Positions 1-12,420 of a stretch of DNA of 64,000 nucleotides are shown piece by piece. A program made the position numbers and the translations under genes. Every line of letters begins with the position of its first letter. Positions within the stretch are counted from its first letter, which is position 1. The DNA is from Gnetum montanum (Eukaryota; Plantae; Gnetophyta), in contig MNCI01000668.1 in NCBI GenBank assembly GCA_015680685.1, positions 382,231 through 446,230 on the forward strand, in the 5' to 3' direction. The notes beneath the pieces were generated by a model that was given only the letters and a program-made list of their open reading frames with translations, searched no databases and was not told the origin of the DNA.

Positions 1-1390
1 AGGGACATAGGGAACACTCGCAAAATGGCATGGGGCCATGCTTGGAGTAACACGCATTCTAATCTAAATGTTATCAGGTGAGCATTGGGGTCTATTTCCC
101 CGTTATATTTGGTTAGTGTAGGTAATAATATACCTTTGGGCAAGGTTAGGGGTGGGATGGAAGGGTTGATGGGGTCATCGTGGTAGAAGTCCACTACCTT
201 CAACTCTCCGTTGGCAGCTGTTTTAAGGTGCTTGACCTCGTCAGTTAGTTCTTGCATTAATTTTTTAGCATCTGCCTAGTCTTGGACACTAGGTGACATG
301 GCAACTTGGGGGTGTGGCACATTGTACAGGTTGGACTGTTGGATGGTAGGTTGAAAGGCTGAAAGCTATCCGGTTGACGGTTGTACTTGTGGAATGTTTA
401 TAGCGGGTGGTACTAGGGATAGCACATTGTAAACGAGGGGTTGTTGTTGTGGCGGTTGTGGCTGTACTTGGGGAATGTTGGCTGGAGGAATCATACGAGG
501 TGGTATGTTGTAGTGAGGGGGTTGATGTGATTGGACACCCATTGCTGCCCATTGTCCAGCTACGTTTTGTGGAGGAACTCCCTGTTGGGTTATGGCGGTG
601 GAAGAGGGTCCATGCGTTTGGATGTGGGGGATGTAGTGGGCGGACGTGGATGCCGGTATCACATGTGGCATTCATATCACTCGAGACGAGAAGGTTGCTC
701 CCATGTTATTGTGTGGTTGTGGTGCTTGCGAGGATGGGCTGGCAGCTGCAGTGGGGATGATAGTGAGAGGGAGTGCATTGATTTGCGGGTCACTTGGAGG
801 GGGAACATGAACCAACGTCGATGTTTCTGGCAGAGGTGCTTGTGCTTGGGTGAACCTAAGGGGTTGGAGGGGCATGATTTCTCCTGTGCCCGAATGGAAC
901 ATGGGGTTGATGTGTGTTTGTGGGCTAAGGGTGTGATAGGAGTCTTCGTGTTTGGATTGGGCAGTGAACTCATCCTCCTCTTCCGGTTGGAGATCTTTTG
1001 CAGGCTGATCCAACGATTGGCTCCTTTGTAGGAGGAGTCATGTGATGAGCTCTGAGTACTTCTCTGGAACAGGGATTATATCGTATGGGGAAGGGATAAA
1101 CTCACGTCCCCCCCTATAGAAGAGTTCGTATTACCTTTTTACCTCTATTTCGGCTCGATCTACTACCAGACCAGCTTGTATCTTCACACATATGAAGTTT
1201 TACTGGTCCTGGGTTATAATGTTAGAGGTTGGGTTTCTCCCTTGCAACCTTAGGGACCGGCGGGGCCCCGTTGTGGGTTGTACTGTAGGCTCTAGAATGA
1301 CAGGCTGTTGGGCAGCCATGGTGCCTACCATGTCGGTGACTTGAGTGGTCGTAGCGGTAGTGTTTGCGGGGTTCATGATGGCCTATTGAG
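1..1390 (-). pseudogene. gag: gag polyprotein N-terminal region (P/Q/H-rich, then retrotransposon gag domain), interrupted by stops
   Basis: RRSLRLQG basic motif near 1250, P/Q-rich ORFs 366-1013, ELTDEVKHLK...VVDFYHDD at ~180-255, KYNGEIDP.AHL at ~75-115. Confidence 0.75.
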
Positions 1391-1937
1391 GGTATGACAT
1401 GGTATAGAGATGTGAAATTAGTGTACTGAGTGTAGTGTACAGCATATACGCTTCAACGACCGGTGTATAACGACAATGTATATAGTATATATGCAATGTA
1501 TAGAGTCAGCATAGACAAATCTACGGTGTAAATCGTACAACATATACGCTAGGCAGCGTATACAGCATGAGGGTACAGCGTAAAATAGGGTTACAGCATA
1601 TAGAATGCAGTATAAACTGGACAGTAGTGTAGCCGAAGTCTACGGCGTAAAGAGTGCAGCGTAAACTTTAGTAGTTTTGTGTACAGCGTAAGGAAAATCT
1701 GTAGCGTAAAGCGTGTAGTGTATGGTTAACAGCGTGAACACTGGGGATCTTGCAGAGTAAGTTTTAATAGAAGCGACGTAGACGCTGGACAGCGTAAACA
1801 CAGGGTTGTAGACTAGGTTTCAAACTGAGTAGCGTAAATCGCTTGGAGGTTTTCAGAAAGAATCGGCATATGGTCGATGGCATAAACGCTCAACAGTGTA
1901 AATGCTGAGAAGCTTGCAGGTAAGGTTTTAGGCAAGG

Positions 1938-1954
1938 CCCTCCTTCTAGCGCCA
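1938..1954 (-). other. Primer-binding site of Tat-type element
   Basis: TGGCGCTAGAAGGAGGG 5 nt inside the LTR end; same motif (TGGTGCTAGAAGGAGGG) at 14823-14839 in the related element. Confidence 0.75.
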
Positions 1955-1959
1955 ATTTC

Positions 1960-3140
1960 TATACCACCCGAAATCATCGGTCTTCGGCTGGAAGGAAACA
2001 GAGACCGTGAGATCACGAGACACACACAGAAGACCCTACCTTCGCCTAAGGGCAAGCTGGAATGAACGAAGGTAGAGTACCTTGGGTGGTCCGCACGCGG
2101 ATCAGAAAAGGATTTCCCTGAATGTACACCGAAGGGCAATACGCTGGGTTATACGTGAATGGCGTAACAGGCGTAAATCAGAACGTAAACAGCGTAACTG
2201 ATGTGAACAAAGCGTAAACGTAAATGAGCGAAAATAGAATACATACAACAATTAATGCAAACTGTAAACAATTTTGGGAAGAAAATGTAACAATGGCATT
2301 ACAGAATGAGAGTACAATGCACCGGTCTAACGCAGTTGTGACCGGGACACAAGGCGGACGAAAAGCCCTAGTGGATGCAGGGATGATTGTGGGCTGGTTC
2401 GCATTGTAGGCACAACGTAGAGGCTGTATGCTCAGCGTACAGGGTTCTCCAGCATATACAGTTTTCTGCTCTGATGCTCAGTGTCTTTGCTCTCTGGTTT
2501 GCTCTGGGATTTTTGCCAACCGTCCTGAATCTCGTAAAAATTTGGGCTTTTATATAGGTTTTGGCGTTAGACTCGGGTTGGGAGACATGTGGCACGTTGA
2601 CCGGGTGCAAAAATGTAAAATTTACAAGTGTACAATATATTACATTTGTTGGGTGTATACGTTGTGGATGTTGGGTGTATACACTAGGTGTAGACGCAAT
2701 GGATGTTGGGCATATACGCTGATGGTTGCTGAGCGTATACGTCGGGGTGTATACGTTGATGGTTGCTAGGTGTATACGCTGATGGTTGCTGCCTTGTGCC
2801 AAATCGTGCTTTGCAGTGCCGTTTCCATGCCATCTTTGAAGATTTCATGTCGGGCGTATACATTTGTTGTACCTGCTGAGTGTATATGTGAGGCGTGTAC
2901 GCTGAGTGTTTATATTGGATGTCTACGCTGTGAACTTCGAGCGTATACACTGGGCGTATATGCTGAGAATGTCAGGCGTATAGGCCGAGCGTATACGCTG
3001 AGAATGCATACTTAGTGAAAATTAAGCATCTGATCTCCGAAGTTGCCATGTTTGGTACCAGATGTAGCCATGGTCGTCTGTGAATCCCAGGGACCAGCTT
3101 CTTGTTGGAAAAGTACTAAGCTCAAAATTTTGTGGTTTCA
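1960..3140 (-). repeat. 5' LTR of Tat-type element (~1.18 kb)
   Basis: Minus-strand start TGAAACCACAAAAT (3140) is an imperfect inverted match to the end ATTTCGGGTGGTATA (1960); internal TATA; GTATACGCTG repeats 2640-3005; LINE reading frame stops looking LINE-like at 3141. Confidence 0.6.
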
Positions 3141-4025
3141 AATCACGATGCCACCAATTAATCCAACCCACCAGATTTAGGGGCCTAGGTTCGGCATTCC
3201 AAAGGTTGGATAGAAGAAGTTGAGCAGTTGGGAGAAAAGCAGTTGTTGTGTAGTCTGAAAAGATGAAATTTTTGTCGGTCAGGGCTACCATGAATCTTGA
3301 TAGATATGGAGATAGGAAGATGGTCGGATAAGGTGGCATGATGATGAACTATAGTGGCAGAGAGAGCTTGCCAAAAGGAAAGGGTGGAGAAATAGAACCT
3401 ATCTAACCTACTGTAGATGTGAGCCTACCCAAGACAGAGATTGCTCCAAGTAAATCTATGAAGGGGAATGCATGTGGAGTTCTCTGCCCTGTCTGAGAGG
3501 TAAAATATTTTCTTAAATGCGAACCAGGCATGATACTCGAGAGTGGGCAATTGAAGAAACGTCCCTCTGAGCTTATCTTGAGGGAATTCTACCATATTAA
3601 AATCTCCTCCAAATATCCAAGGCATTGGGGGGAGAGAAGTTGCAGGTTCATGCCAAAGGAGAGCCCGTTCTGTGGAGTCATTTGGGGCATATATCGAGCA
3701 AATGCCAAAAGGGCCATGCCGGGATGAGAAGGTGGCCCAGGAAACTCTATGCCCAAAATCAGAACCACTTTGAAGGATTTTAGTTTTCCAGTAGGGTGAG
3801 AGGAGAATGGCCGCACCTCCTTTCCCACTTGCATGGGATGTCGCTAGGAGTGAGGAGTGAGGAAGAAACCAGTGGGCGTAATAGGATAAAAGATTGGTTG
3901 AGATCTTAATTTCTTGAAGGAGGATGAAATCAAAAGACAAATTTAGACTAGATATAAAGTTGCCTGCTCGCTTCCGTCGAAGCCTATCAGTAAGGCCTCA
4001 AATGTTCCAAGAAAGAAGATTCATG
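3141..4025 (-). pseudogene. LINE ORF2 apurinic-like endonuclease domain
   Basis: ORF 3425-3940 with LQEIK / IYAPND / GGDFN / FTWSN motifs; continuation in the frame of ORF 3022-3339. Confidence 0.9.
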
Positions 4026-5108
4026 GGGAAATAAGGGGTAGTTTGGATGAGAGGTCAACGAAAGGTTTGGGAGTTGAAGTATCAGTTTCCTTTGTTCCTG
4101 ATAGGAGGGCAAAGGAGTTGTTGATGGGGACAAGGGCCATGGAAGTGTCTAGTGAAGAGGAGTTGGAGGGAGAAGTAGAACGAAGGGAAGCTTTGACTTG
4201 TTTCCTTCCACTGGCCACCATGAACTCATCTTCCAAGAATGAGTTCTTGACAACGTTTGAAGGGATGACCTAGGTGGAGGTGTGAGGACTTGACTGTTTT
4301 TTTGTAGCTTGGAGAGGCTAGACTGAGAGGAGGATTTAGGAGTTGTTGGGGGAGGAGATCCTAATTTAGAGGATACTGAGGATGGGCCTACTGGTGGTGT
4401 GAATGGGGAACGAATCTTCTGAGATGCTACATGTTGTTTCTTTTTGGCTAGGATAAGACACACCGAGATATGATGCTCAGCCCTGTGACAATAGCTACAT
4501 GAGTTTGGAAGGTAAAAATAGTCCACTTTTTGGGTGAAGAGTTTTCCCACCAACAACGAGGGTTAATGAGGTCTTCCGAAGGGCTATATCCAATTCAATA
4601 CAATAACGGCGAATTTGAGTTCCATTGATCACCGTACAATGATCGGAAATAATAGGGCCTAGGATGCTCATAATGTCCCTCTCAACAGATGAAAAAATGA
4701 TTGGAAGATTGGGTAGTTCCACGTAACAAAGAATTATATTAAAAACTAGGTCACTACCATTAAAGTCAAAACTCTAGGTGCATGCGATTAGGGTTGCATT
4801 TCCTATTGGAAATTTTTTTTGAGAGAGAGCCTTTTCGACCTGGGAAGCATCAGATAATTCTACCAAAATGAAGTGACGAGCGTAGTAACAAGCATGGCAA
4901 ACTTGAATGCCATGGGGCTAAAGAAGGCTATGGACTTGAGTGTTTAAACTTGGGGACCTTGGTAAAAACCCCACAATTTGAAAAAACAGAAAATGAGATG
5001 TGAAATCTTTAGAAACTGCTTCAAAAATATTATCCGGTAAAAGAAAATCAATTTGAGGTGAGGTAGATGAACTTCCCTGAGGAAATGCAGAAGCTGATGA
5101 ATCCATCA
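4021..5108 (-). pseudogene. LINE ORF1 (DUF4283-like domain + CCHC zinc knuckle + Ser/Pro-rich tail)
   Basis: Fragments 4918-5108, 4495-4722, 4149-4556 (CX2CX4HX4C), 4021-4236 (NNSFALL motif). Confidence 0.8.
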
Positions 5109-5239
5109 TTGTGACTTGCCCACGCCTGGGCCGCGTGCTTTCCTGAAAACCCTCACCACCAGTGTGCGTGTCTACCCACCGCGGGCAAGGTCCGGGACAG
5201 CGTTGCAAAAAGAAAAAATGGCCAGGAAAAACAGAAATC

Positions 5240-5790
5240 GCGACTAGGGTTGGCCGGTAACATTAAAGCTGCCCTACACCCCACCAAACACTGGGCGAGT
5301 GATGGACGACGGTGGCACCACAGAAGGCGGAGCGTAGGAGGGCTCAGCAGTGCAGCGACGCCCAACGAAAGAAAAGAGCGCCAACGGTTATTTTCAAGAT
5401 TTAATGTCCAAGTCATGTCTCAAGGCTTTCTACATGCAAGACGGGCAGATTTGGGCAGCTCGGCTGCAACAGCCTAGCCGCTACGGTGCTACGTTGAATC
5501 TGGTGCTCAGGATCAGTTGCTGCACAATGGTGCAAAACTGTGGAGTATAATTAAAATGGGGAGAAATCACCGCCAACGCGCACTACAGAGCCTTGCCACT
5601 GCTGTTGCAACAAGTAATATTTCTCCAACATATGCCTATACTTGACGAACTATGATCTTGGATTGCTCCCGCGATAAGCGACAATCTTATACAGCTTTCC
5701 AAAATACTTGATGGTTTGAGATTTTTGTTCTTACGATCACCCATACCGAATCGTAAGCTTCTATGTACCATCAAGTTTTTCATGCCGATT
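5240..5790. promoter_or_regulatory. CpG-retaining GC-rich non-coding island, possible unmethylated regulatory region
   Basis: Abundant CG/CCG in otherwise CG-depleted DNA; no convincing ORF. Confidence 0.3.
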
Positions 5791-6389
5791 TAAAATATAT
5801 ATACTTTTAAAAAATTAGTAATGAAGTGATGGTAAGGTATTGGTTTCTTAGGTCAAAAGATTTCAGTTCACACATCTACCAACCATGCTGAACTACCAAC
5901 CATCTTGAGATGCCTTCCTCACCAGGATGAGTAGTGTGGCTCTAAGTATTTATCCTTTTTTTATTAGCTATCATTGTGATGCAAGTACTCATCAAGTCAT
6001 ATTGGATTAAGAATTCTTAAATAAAATATGGCTAATTATTTGGAATGATGATAAGTGCTATTCTATCATGTAGCAAGACCTTGTTAAAGCCTAGGTACAA
6101 GTTTACATGTTTTAGGGCATTTTTGAAAATGAAAACAAGTGCAAAAATTAAATGCTCACATTTTCAATAATCGTTAAAACTATGGTAGCACATTACCTAT
6201 AGTAGTTATTATGTGTTAATCTATGTAACATGTTCATAAATTACAACTATGATGAGGAGCTAAACTAGCTAAACCTACTAAATAAGATCTTCAGTTTTTT
6301 AATAAGATCTTAAGTTTTTGTTTCACGATTGGATCATGTCAAACTAATATTTTAGGTGTTAGACCCAAAAAATGTATCTATTAAAAATA

Positions 6390-7800
6390 AAAATCCAAAG
6401 AACAAAAGCAAAGGAGTACTCTAGAGAGGAGAAACTTCAAGTCAATATAATGAAAAGGCCTAACTATTTTTGAGATGTCTTTCTAGATTTTCATCCTTAC
6501 AACTAATCCTAAAAAACCTTTTCCTTGGGGTAGGAAATTGGACATTCTATGAAAAGATTAACATTGGGAGGAGGGGGAGGAAGCCCTTGCCTTGTCAATA
6601 GAATTAACATTATCAAAAGATATTATCTTCATATCTCAACCAATAGCTGTAAATGAATTATTAGCTATTAAAATGTCTTGAAAATGTTGTTCGTTTTGAA
6701 TATTTTGCATGTAATCACCAATAGATAGACTTCCTCAACATTTTTTATTATAGAAAAGTAATTGAAAATCATGTGAATCAACAATAGGATTTTATGAAAC
6801 CTGAAGAATATATATTTGTTTTCGCTTAGTCATTGAAGAATATTTTGAAAATGATTTCATTGAAACATTCTTTGGAGACATATTCTATTGAACAAAAATA
6901 AAAAAAAGGGGAGGGGGGAGGGGTGTGCAGCAGGGGCATAGTGGGGCAGGCACGATGGATGGGGGGGAGGGGGGTGTGGTGGGNGGGGGGGAGGGGGGTG
7001 TGGTGGGTGGGTGGGTGGGTAGGCTAATTGTTGAAACATCAATAGAAGAAATCATTCCAAGATTTGTAGCATTTGTAGAAAATACCTTAGAAGGATCTAT
7101 AATATTTACAAAATAAACCTTATTAACATTTTTAGTAACTTGTTGTTGATATGCTTCAATTATCTTTTTCCTAGCATAAAAGGACACAAATCAAACATGT
7201 GATCCTCTCAATGATAATACTAACATGACTTTAGAAGATTATAATAAACAACCTTCTACACATAATCAATTTTACCAGAAAAATTTTTCACTTAAGCAAA
7301 TCAATTATATATCAAATTCTACAAAAACCACTAGCTGCAACGAGGGTTTTAGAATACTTGATTGGCTTAGGAAGAGAGACAATATCTCTTTCAACTTTTT
7401 AAAAAATTAATGGAAGATTCAGCAATTCAATAGAATAAGAAATCTTTCAAAATTCAAGAGATGTTGGATTAAAGAAGGAGTCTAGTTTCAAATAATCAAT
7501 AAAGCATGATGATGATTGAAAACATCGATGTTAAAGACCTTAAAAACCATTGTCAAATTAACAAATTCTACTAATAAAAATGAGTTTGATAAATAATAAG
7601 CATGAACAATATCTAAATCTAGATCTTTTGAAACCAAATTTAAATGATTCAAAAAGACTTGAGGAATGAGCTAAATAATACAAAATTTGTATGAAAACAT
7701 ACCTTCTAGAAATTTCCTAAGTAATAAATTTATGTAAATGATTAAGCAATTTGTAGAAAGGAAAAACAACAGTGGTTCTACTTGAAGGATCACCTACTAA
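6390..7800 (-). mobile_element. Degenerate L1 ORF1 relic, homologous to 49687-51175
   Basis: Colinear similarity, e.g. 7375-7590 vs 50746-50965 and 6566-6680 vs 50028-50140; the second copy shows the ORF1 zinc knuckle. Confidence 0.75.
6908..7020 (+). repeat. G-rich low-complexity tract (G-quadruplex-capable), inserted relative to the paralogous LINE copy
   Basis: Multiple G>=3 runs, includes one N; no counterpart at ~50340-50370. Confidence 0.6.
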
Positions 7801-8424
7801 ATCTAGAAACATTACACATGATATCAATGCCAAATCCCCTTGCTACCTTATATTAATACTAAAACCCTTGTCACTTAATTATGCCAAACTAATATTTTGA
7901 TATTGTGTTGGATAAACTATGTACAATGAAGACACTAAAGTCTTTTTGGCTAGAAAATACAAAGAATGACATTTCCATGATTCCTAAGTGGTGCAAAATT
8001 ATCTATAATATGAAACAGGAACAATCTTTCTTAAAATCTTGTTACTCTCATGGAATTATTGGAAATATTGTTACTCAAGGAAAGTTCACTGTTTTAATGG
8101 TTGAATTGATTCACCTCATCAATGCCACTATTCACACACTCTCTTACTTCCAATCACATCATCATCGTATTCTTGTTGTTGTACCTGCCTATTATTAGAT
8201 TATTTATAGTACACTTGTGTCTTAATTGGTTTTATATTTGATGTATTTGAAAGAAGTGCTACTAAATAGTTATTAATTTGTAGGGAAAAAATATTCTAGC
8301 ATGTTTTGTAATAAATGGTTGACAGGCAATACTGCATGTCAAATTCACACCTTAGGCACAACCACTAGAAAAAAGATTGGGTTTTTACTTATCCATTGAC
8401 CATTCAAGAACGCACTTGGGGGAA

Positions 8425-8560
8425 TGAGATATTGGCCTAGTGGCCAACGTCTTTGTTTGGTAATCTTAGGTCACAAGTTTGATTTTAGTGGGTAGCATTG
8501 AGTTATGAATTTTTTAAAAAAAATCTATAATAGGAATTTTGAAACAAGTCCAATAAATCC
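8425..8560 (+). mobile_element. tRNA-derived SINE copy (decayed)
   Basis: A-box-like TTGGCCTAGTGG, B-box-like AGTTTGATTT, followed by AGTGGGTAGCATTGAGTTATGAA as in other copies. Confidence 0.55.
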
Positions 8561-8915
8561 AAGGGTTCTTAGTGGACATAAGTAAACATTTCAATTTTAG
8601 TTTCAATAATAATCCTTAATAGGAAAGAATGTGTAATTGCAACCAAATAGTTGTACAATAAAAGTTTGCAATTTTAACTAATCATTGACATTGAATTATT
8701 GTTAGCTTTCCTATATATTAACAAGTATATTTTCATACATGGCTAAAAAACAATGTTTCTTATTCCAAACAATTTCATAAAAAATGATCAACATAGAACT
8801 TTTCTCGTAGAATGAGCATTGAGACTTTAGGTGATAACACTTAATAGAAGATAGAATATCTAAGTGAAACCAAACAATAGTACTATAGAAGTCTTCAATT
8901 TTAATTAGTTATTAA

Positions 8916-10110
8916 TATTGAGTTATTTTTAACTTGCATAAGTATTAAGAGAAAACCCACTAATTTCCAAGAAGTGGGTAATGACGAGCAACTTTAATGG
9001 CAAAAACGTGGGTAATGAAATGCCCCTCCATTTGATCTCCAATTGATTAAGGCTAAGACATGTAGTGAGAAGAGGAATGTAAGGAGTAATGGAGTCAAAT
9101 TTCTCCAAGAGATTCAAGCATACAAGCTTGTACTCACAATAATTTTTTAAGAAGATTAAAAAAGATTAATATAAGTGTTGAAATTAAGATGAAACTAGAG
9201 TTGAGATTACTAAAAAATGAAAGTAATTGAAACAATGTTAAAATAGATGATGAATCATGGTTGTTAGGTGCTAATATTAGACCCTTGATATTGGACCCCC
9301 AATATCGAACCCTCGATATCAAATACATGATATCGTGATATCTGTGTAAGCCTATAAATACACATTCAGGCACACAAGAAGGGGAAAGTCAAGTAAGATA
9401 GAGTTAGAGTAGTTCTTTTGTTCATTTTTAGTTCATTTCAATTCTTCCCTTAGTGCATGCCCACAGTGTGATGATTGTAATTGTACAGAACCTTTATTTC
9501 AGTGTGACATACTTGGACACATGCATGATCGGCAATAAAGATCGAGATTACTTCATCATTGCAGCATTCACTTAGTTTTAATTGCTTAATTACTTAATTT
9601 TTATTGTTATTTATTATTTTCTTAATTAATATTTCTTTACCTTCATCTACTATCCCTGATATTAAACATAGAATGAGTACGACTTAATCACGAGCATTTA
9701 AGTGTGACTACTTGATATCCCAATAGCGTATCTAGGAGTGCTTAAGTAACATGCACTTGGTAATCCCAGAAGTAGTACATGAGGTCCAAGATGTGTATAG
9801 ATGATTAAGGACAGATGCTCATTGCACCTAGGCTAGCTTAGATTTTTCTTCTCATTCCTTATTAGCTTTAAATAAAGTTATTTTCCATTGCCTCTAGGAG
9901 TAACATTAGTTTAGGACCACATCATACACCTCACTCTGGACTAAACCATACATGACAAAGCAAATACTAGTCTAGGTGGGAAGATAGCAAATTGTGATCA
10001 ACACATAACTATCTAGACACCACAACTAGCCCATCTACAGAGTTCGACCGGATCATGCATGAACGCTTGTATTCGTATGGTTGAGTGTAAGGGTACCTAG
10101 CCACTCATCA
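8916..10110 (+). mobile_element. Probable solo LTR (Athila-like termini)
   Basis: Ends CACTCATCA at 10110; start TATTGAGTT resembles a decayed TG(A/T)TGAGT; internal CCTATAAATA at ~9351; TSD not exact (ATTAA/ATAGA). Confidence 0.45.
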
Positions 10111-11802
10111 ATAGATGAAAAAACTATGCAACCATGATATGAGATTTGATGAACGATGAGTAGTCCCTATGTCTAACCATATAAATCACAAGCATTGCAA
10201 GTGAGCTTATTGTAATCCATGGATGAACCTAGTGTAGCTTTTATATAATTAATACTTAATTGCTAATTTCTATCCTCCCACTTGCGTTAGCTATAGTTTT
10301 AAGATGTATGGTTTAACTTGAAGTGAGACACATGATATGATATCTAGAGTAAAACTTAGTAATTAAGTATAAAATCTAATGAACAATGAAAATAACTCCT
10401 AAGCTAGCATATTGGTGATGAGTATCTATTCTTGATCTACCACACACGTCTTAGGCTAGTGTAATTATTACTAAGATTACCAAGCAATGCTCTATTGGGT
10501 GTACTAAGTAATATTGCTTGTGGGTTACTAAATCATTATACATTATGCTTGAAATTAGTCATACTCATTTTGCCAAATTACTATTGTGCAAGAGAATGTA
10601 AACTTTAATCTATATTTCATGAACAAGTAAATGACATAGAAAGGTAAATTCTATTCTAAGTTAGAATTGTGCAATGAATGAGAATGATCTAAATCTTATT
10701 GCCATCATAGAATTTTATCTAGGTATCATACCACTAGAAATAAGACTTTATATGGTTAACTCAAATCCATAGTGTAGGCACTCACTCACTGTTACTAAAT
10801 TTGTGAAATAAAACTACAAGTGTCTAGCTCCTATGTGACTAAAAGGATATATTAAATGCGGTAGGTATGTGGCATTGATAGGCAATACCAATGTTGGATA
10901 CATCACATCTGCAATATCATATGAGGACATATGATATTGTAGATATAATATTGTAGATGTAATGTCATAACTAAGTTATTGACTTTTCATCATACCTCTA
11001 TGACTGACTATAAACTTGTACTTGATTTGAACAAAATTGGGACAAAGTTTCTTACAAAATTATGAAGGCAACTCAAACTAACTAATTGAGTACCTAATTG
11101 ACTAACTAATGGAATGCCATGCTTTAAAAAATTTATTAAGTTGAGTTTAGAAAAATGGAAAAACAGTCTAGACATACATAAGAGTGGCTTAAGTGATGAG
11201 CTCATTGATTTGTGAGTAGGAGGTTGCCCATTCCAATCCTACTTCAAGTACCATTATATTTCTTTTATAATAATTAATATACAGTAACATGTTAACTATA
11301 TGTCTACACCCTCATATAAGACTATGATAAAATAAAGTTAAAAAGCATTTTATTTGTATATTATTTTAGAATCAACAACCATAAAAGAAACTTGAGACTA
11401 AGTTGGTAGCGATTTTAATTTGAAGAGTGAAGCATTGTTTGCTTATAGAATTTCAACGTGCATAGTGGTGATCCTCAATAATGCTTTAATGGCCATACTT
11501 AAGAGAAGGCCACTCCAAGTCATGGTTGGTTCAACCTTAGAAATCGGACAGATGGAAAATTAAATCAGTAAAAGTTGCAGTTTTCATGACGTCTATATCA
11601 AGAATTAATTATGATAATTTTGTAGAATTAAATATAAAGTTAAAACTAGCAAAAATGTAAAAGACAACAACAACCAATAAGCATAGCAAGCGATGGAGGA
11701 GTTTGACAAATGTCCATGCAGGGGAGAGGAGGAAGCATTAACAAGTTCACAGGTCGACCACTCGACCCTTTGTATGCAATGCCACGCATAAAGATTAAAG
11801 AA

Positions 11803-12315
11803 TCAAGCCAGAACCAGCAGCACGGTACCCAGCACGAACGGAACAAGCGCGGACACCGACAAGACGGATGCAAAGCTTGTTTCGGCGCCAGCCGGGCTTT
11901 CGCTGGGCGACCACGCAGCCGCAGTAGTCGGACTCGGACTGGCCGACGATACCGACGAGGACGGGGAACCCGACGGGCTAGTCGGCGGCGCAGCAACAGC
12001 AGCAGCTGGAGGACTCTTGCCCGACTTAGGCGCCGGAGGAGGCTTCTTCGACGACTTTGGTGGCGGAGGCGTGGACGATCCCGGCGCATCCGGTTGCGGC
12101 TGTGATTTGGGGGACTCCACGGAAGCCGGTGGCGGCATCGGAACCTTCGGAGCAGCGGCCGTCTCGTTGGCTTTTTGGGCCGGTGCTGAGGCCGGTTCTC
12201 CCGCAGGCGTGGCTCCGGGATTAGGCGGAGCCGGTGGCGTTGCGGCGAGAGCGAGACCGAAAGAAAGAGCCAAGGCCAGAGCCAGGGCGGCGTTGGCGAT
12301 GGCGGACCACTGCAT
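11803..12315 (-). CDS. Classical/Lys-rich arabinogalactan protein, GPI-anchored (170 aa)
   Basis: N-terminal signal peptide, Pro/Ala/Ser/Thr-rich body with AP/SP/TP dipeptides, short Lys-rich segment PPPPKSSKKPPPAPKSGK, hydrophobic C-terminal GPI signal; CpG-rich intact ORF; paralog at 29922-30497. Confidence 0.9.
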   Translation of the reverse strand: MQWSAIANAALALALALSFGLALAATPPAPPNPGATPAGEPASAPAQKANETAAAPKVPMPPPASVESPKSQPQPDAPGSSTPPPPKSSKKPPPAPKSGKSPPAAAVAAPPTSPSGSPSSSVSSASPSPTTAAAWSPSESPAGAETSFASVLSVSALVPFVLGTVLLVLA

Positions 12316-12420
12316 TCTTGTTGTTGTGGTGGTGGTCGACGTTTTTGGCAGAGAGTCGTGTTTTTGCTGCGGCTTTGGCTTGCGGTATGCGCTCTGGTTT
12401 GCGGTGGCCGCTTTGTGGTG

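Larger units (their letters stand above)
1..3140 (-). mobile_element. Ty3/gypsy LTR retrotransposon, Tat/Ogre-type, 5' part (5' LTR, PBS, gag N-terminus); continues beyond window start
   Basis: Minus-strand gag motif PKGILLPTLTKYNGEIDPNAHLITFRLECVLLQAWPHAILRVFPMSL at 1-140; PBS-like TGGCGCTAGAAGGAGGG at 1938-1954; TATA (CCTATATAAAAG) near 2550; many CAGCGTA/TACGCTG motifs with CpG retained. Confidence 0.85.
3141..5240 (-). mobile_element. L1-clade LINE, 5' portion (5' UTR, ORF1, ORF2 endonuclease), cut by the LTR element
   Basis: ORF1 zinc knuckle CSYCHRAEHHISVC and ELPNLP..FS motif; ORF2 APE motifs FDFILLQEIK, SIYAPND, WIFGGDFNMV, FTWSN, RLDRFY; frameshifts and stops present. Confidence 0.9.

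Noticed and set aside
6857-7042. Extensin-like Pro/His-rich ORF
   Set aside because: Translation of a G/C low-complexity tract inside a LINE relic; no signal peptide.
10110-11180. Possible copia or hAT coding relic
   Set aside because: No diagnostic motif could be read with confidence.
11183-11255. tRNA-like segment ending in ACCA
   Set aside because: No consistent cloverleaf pairing and a degenerate B box; at most a decayed SINE head.
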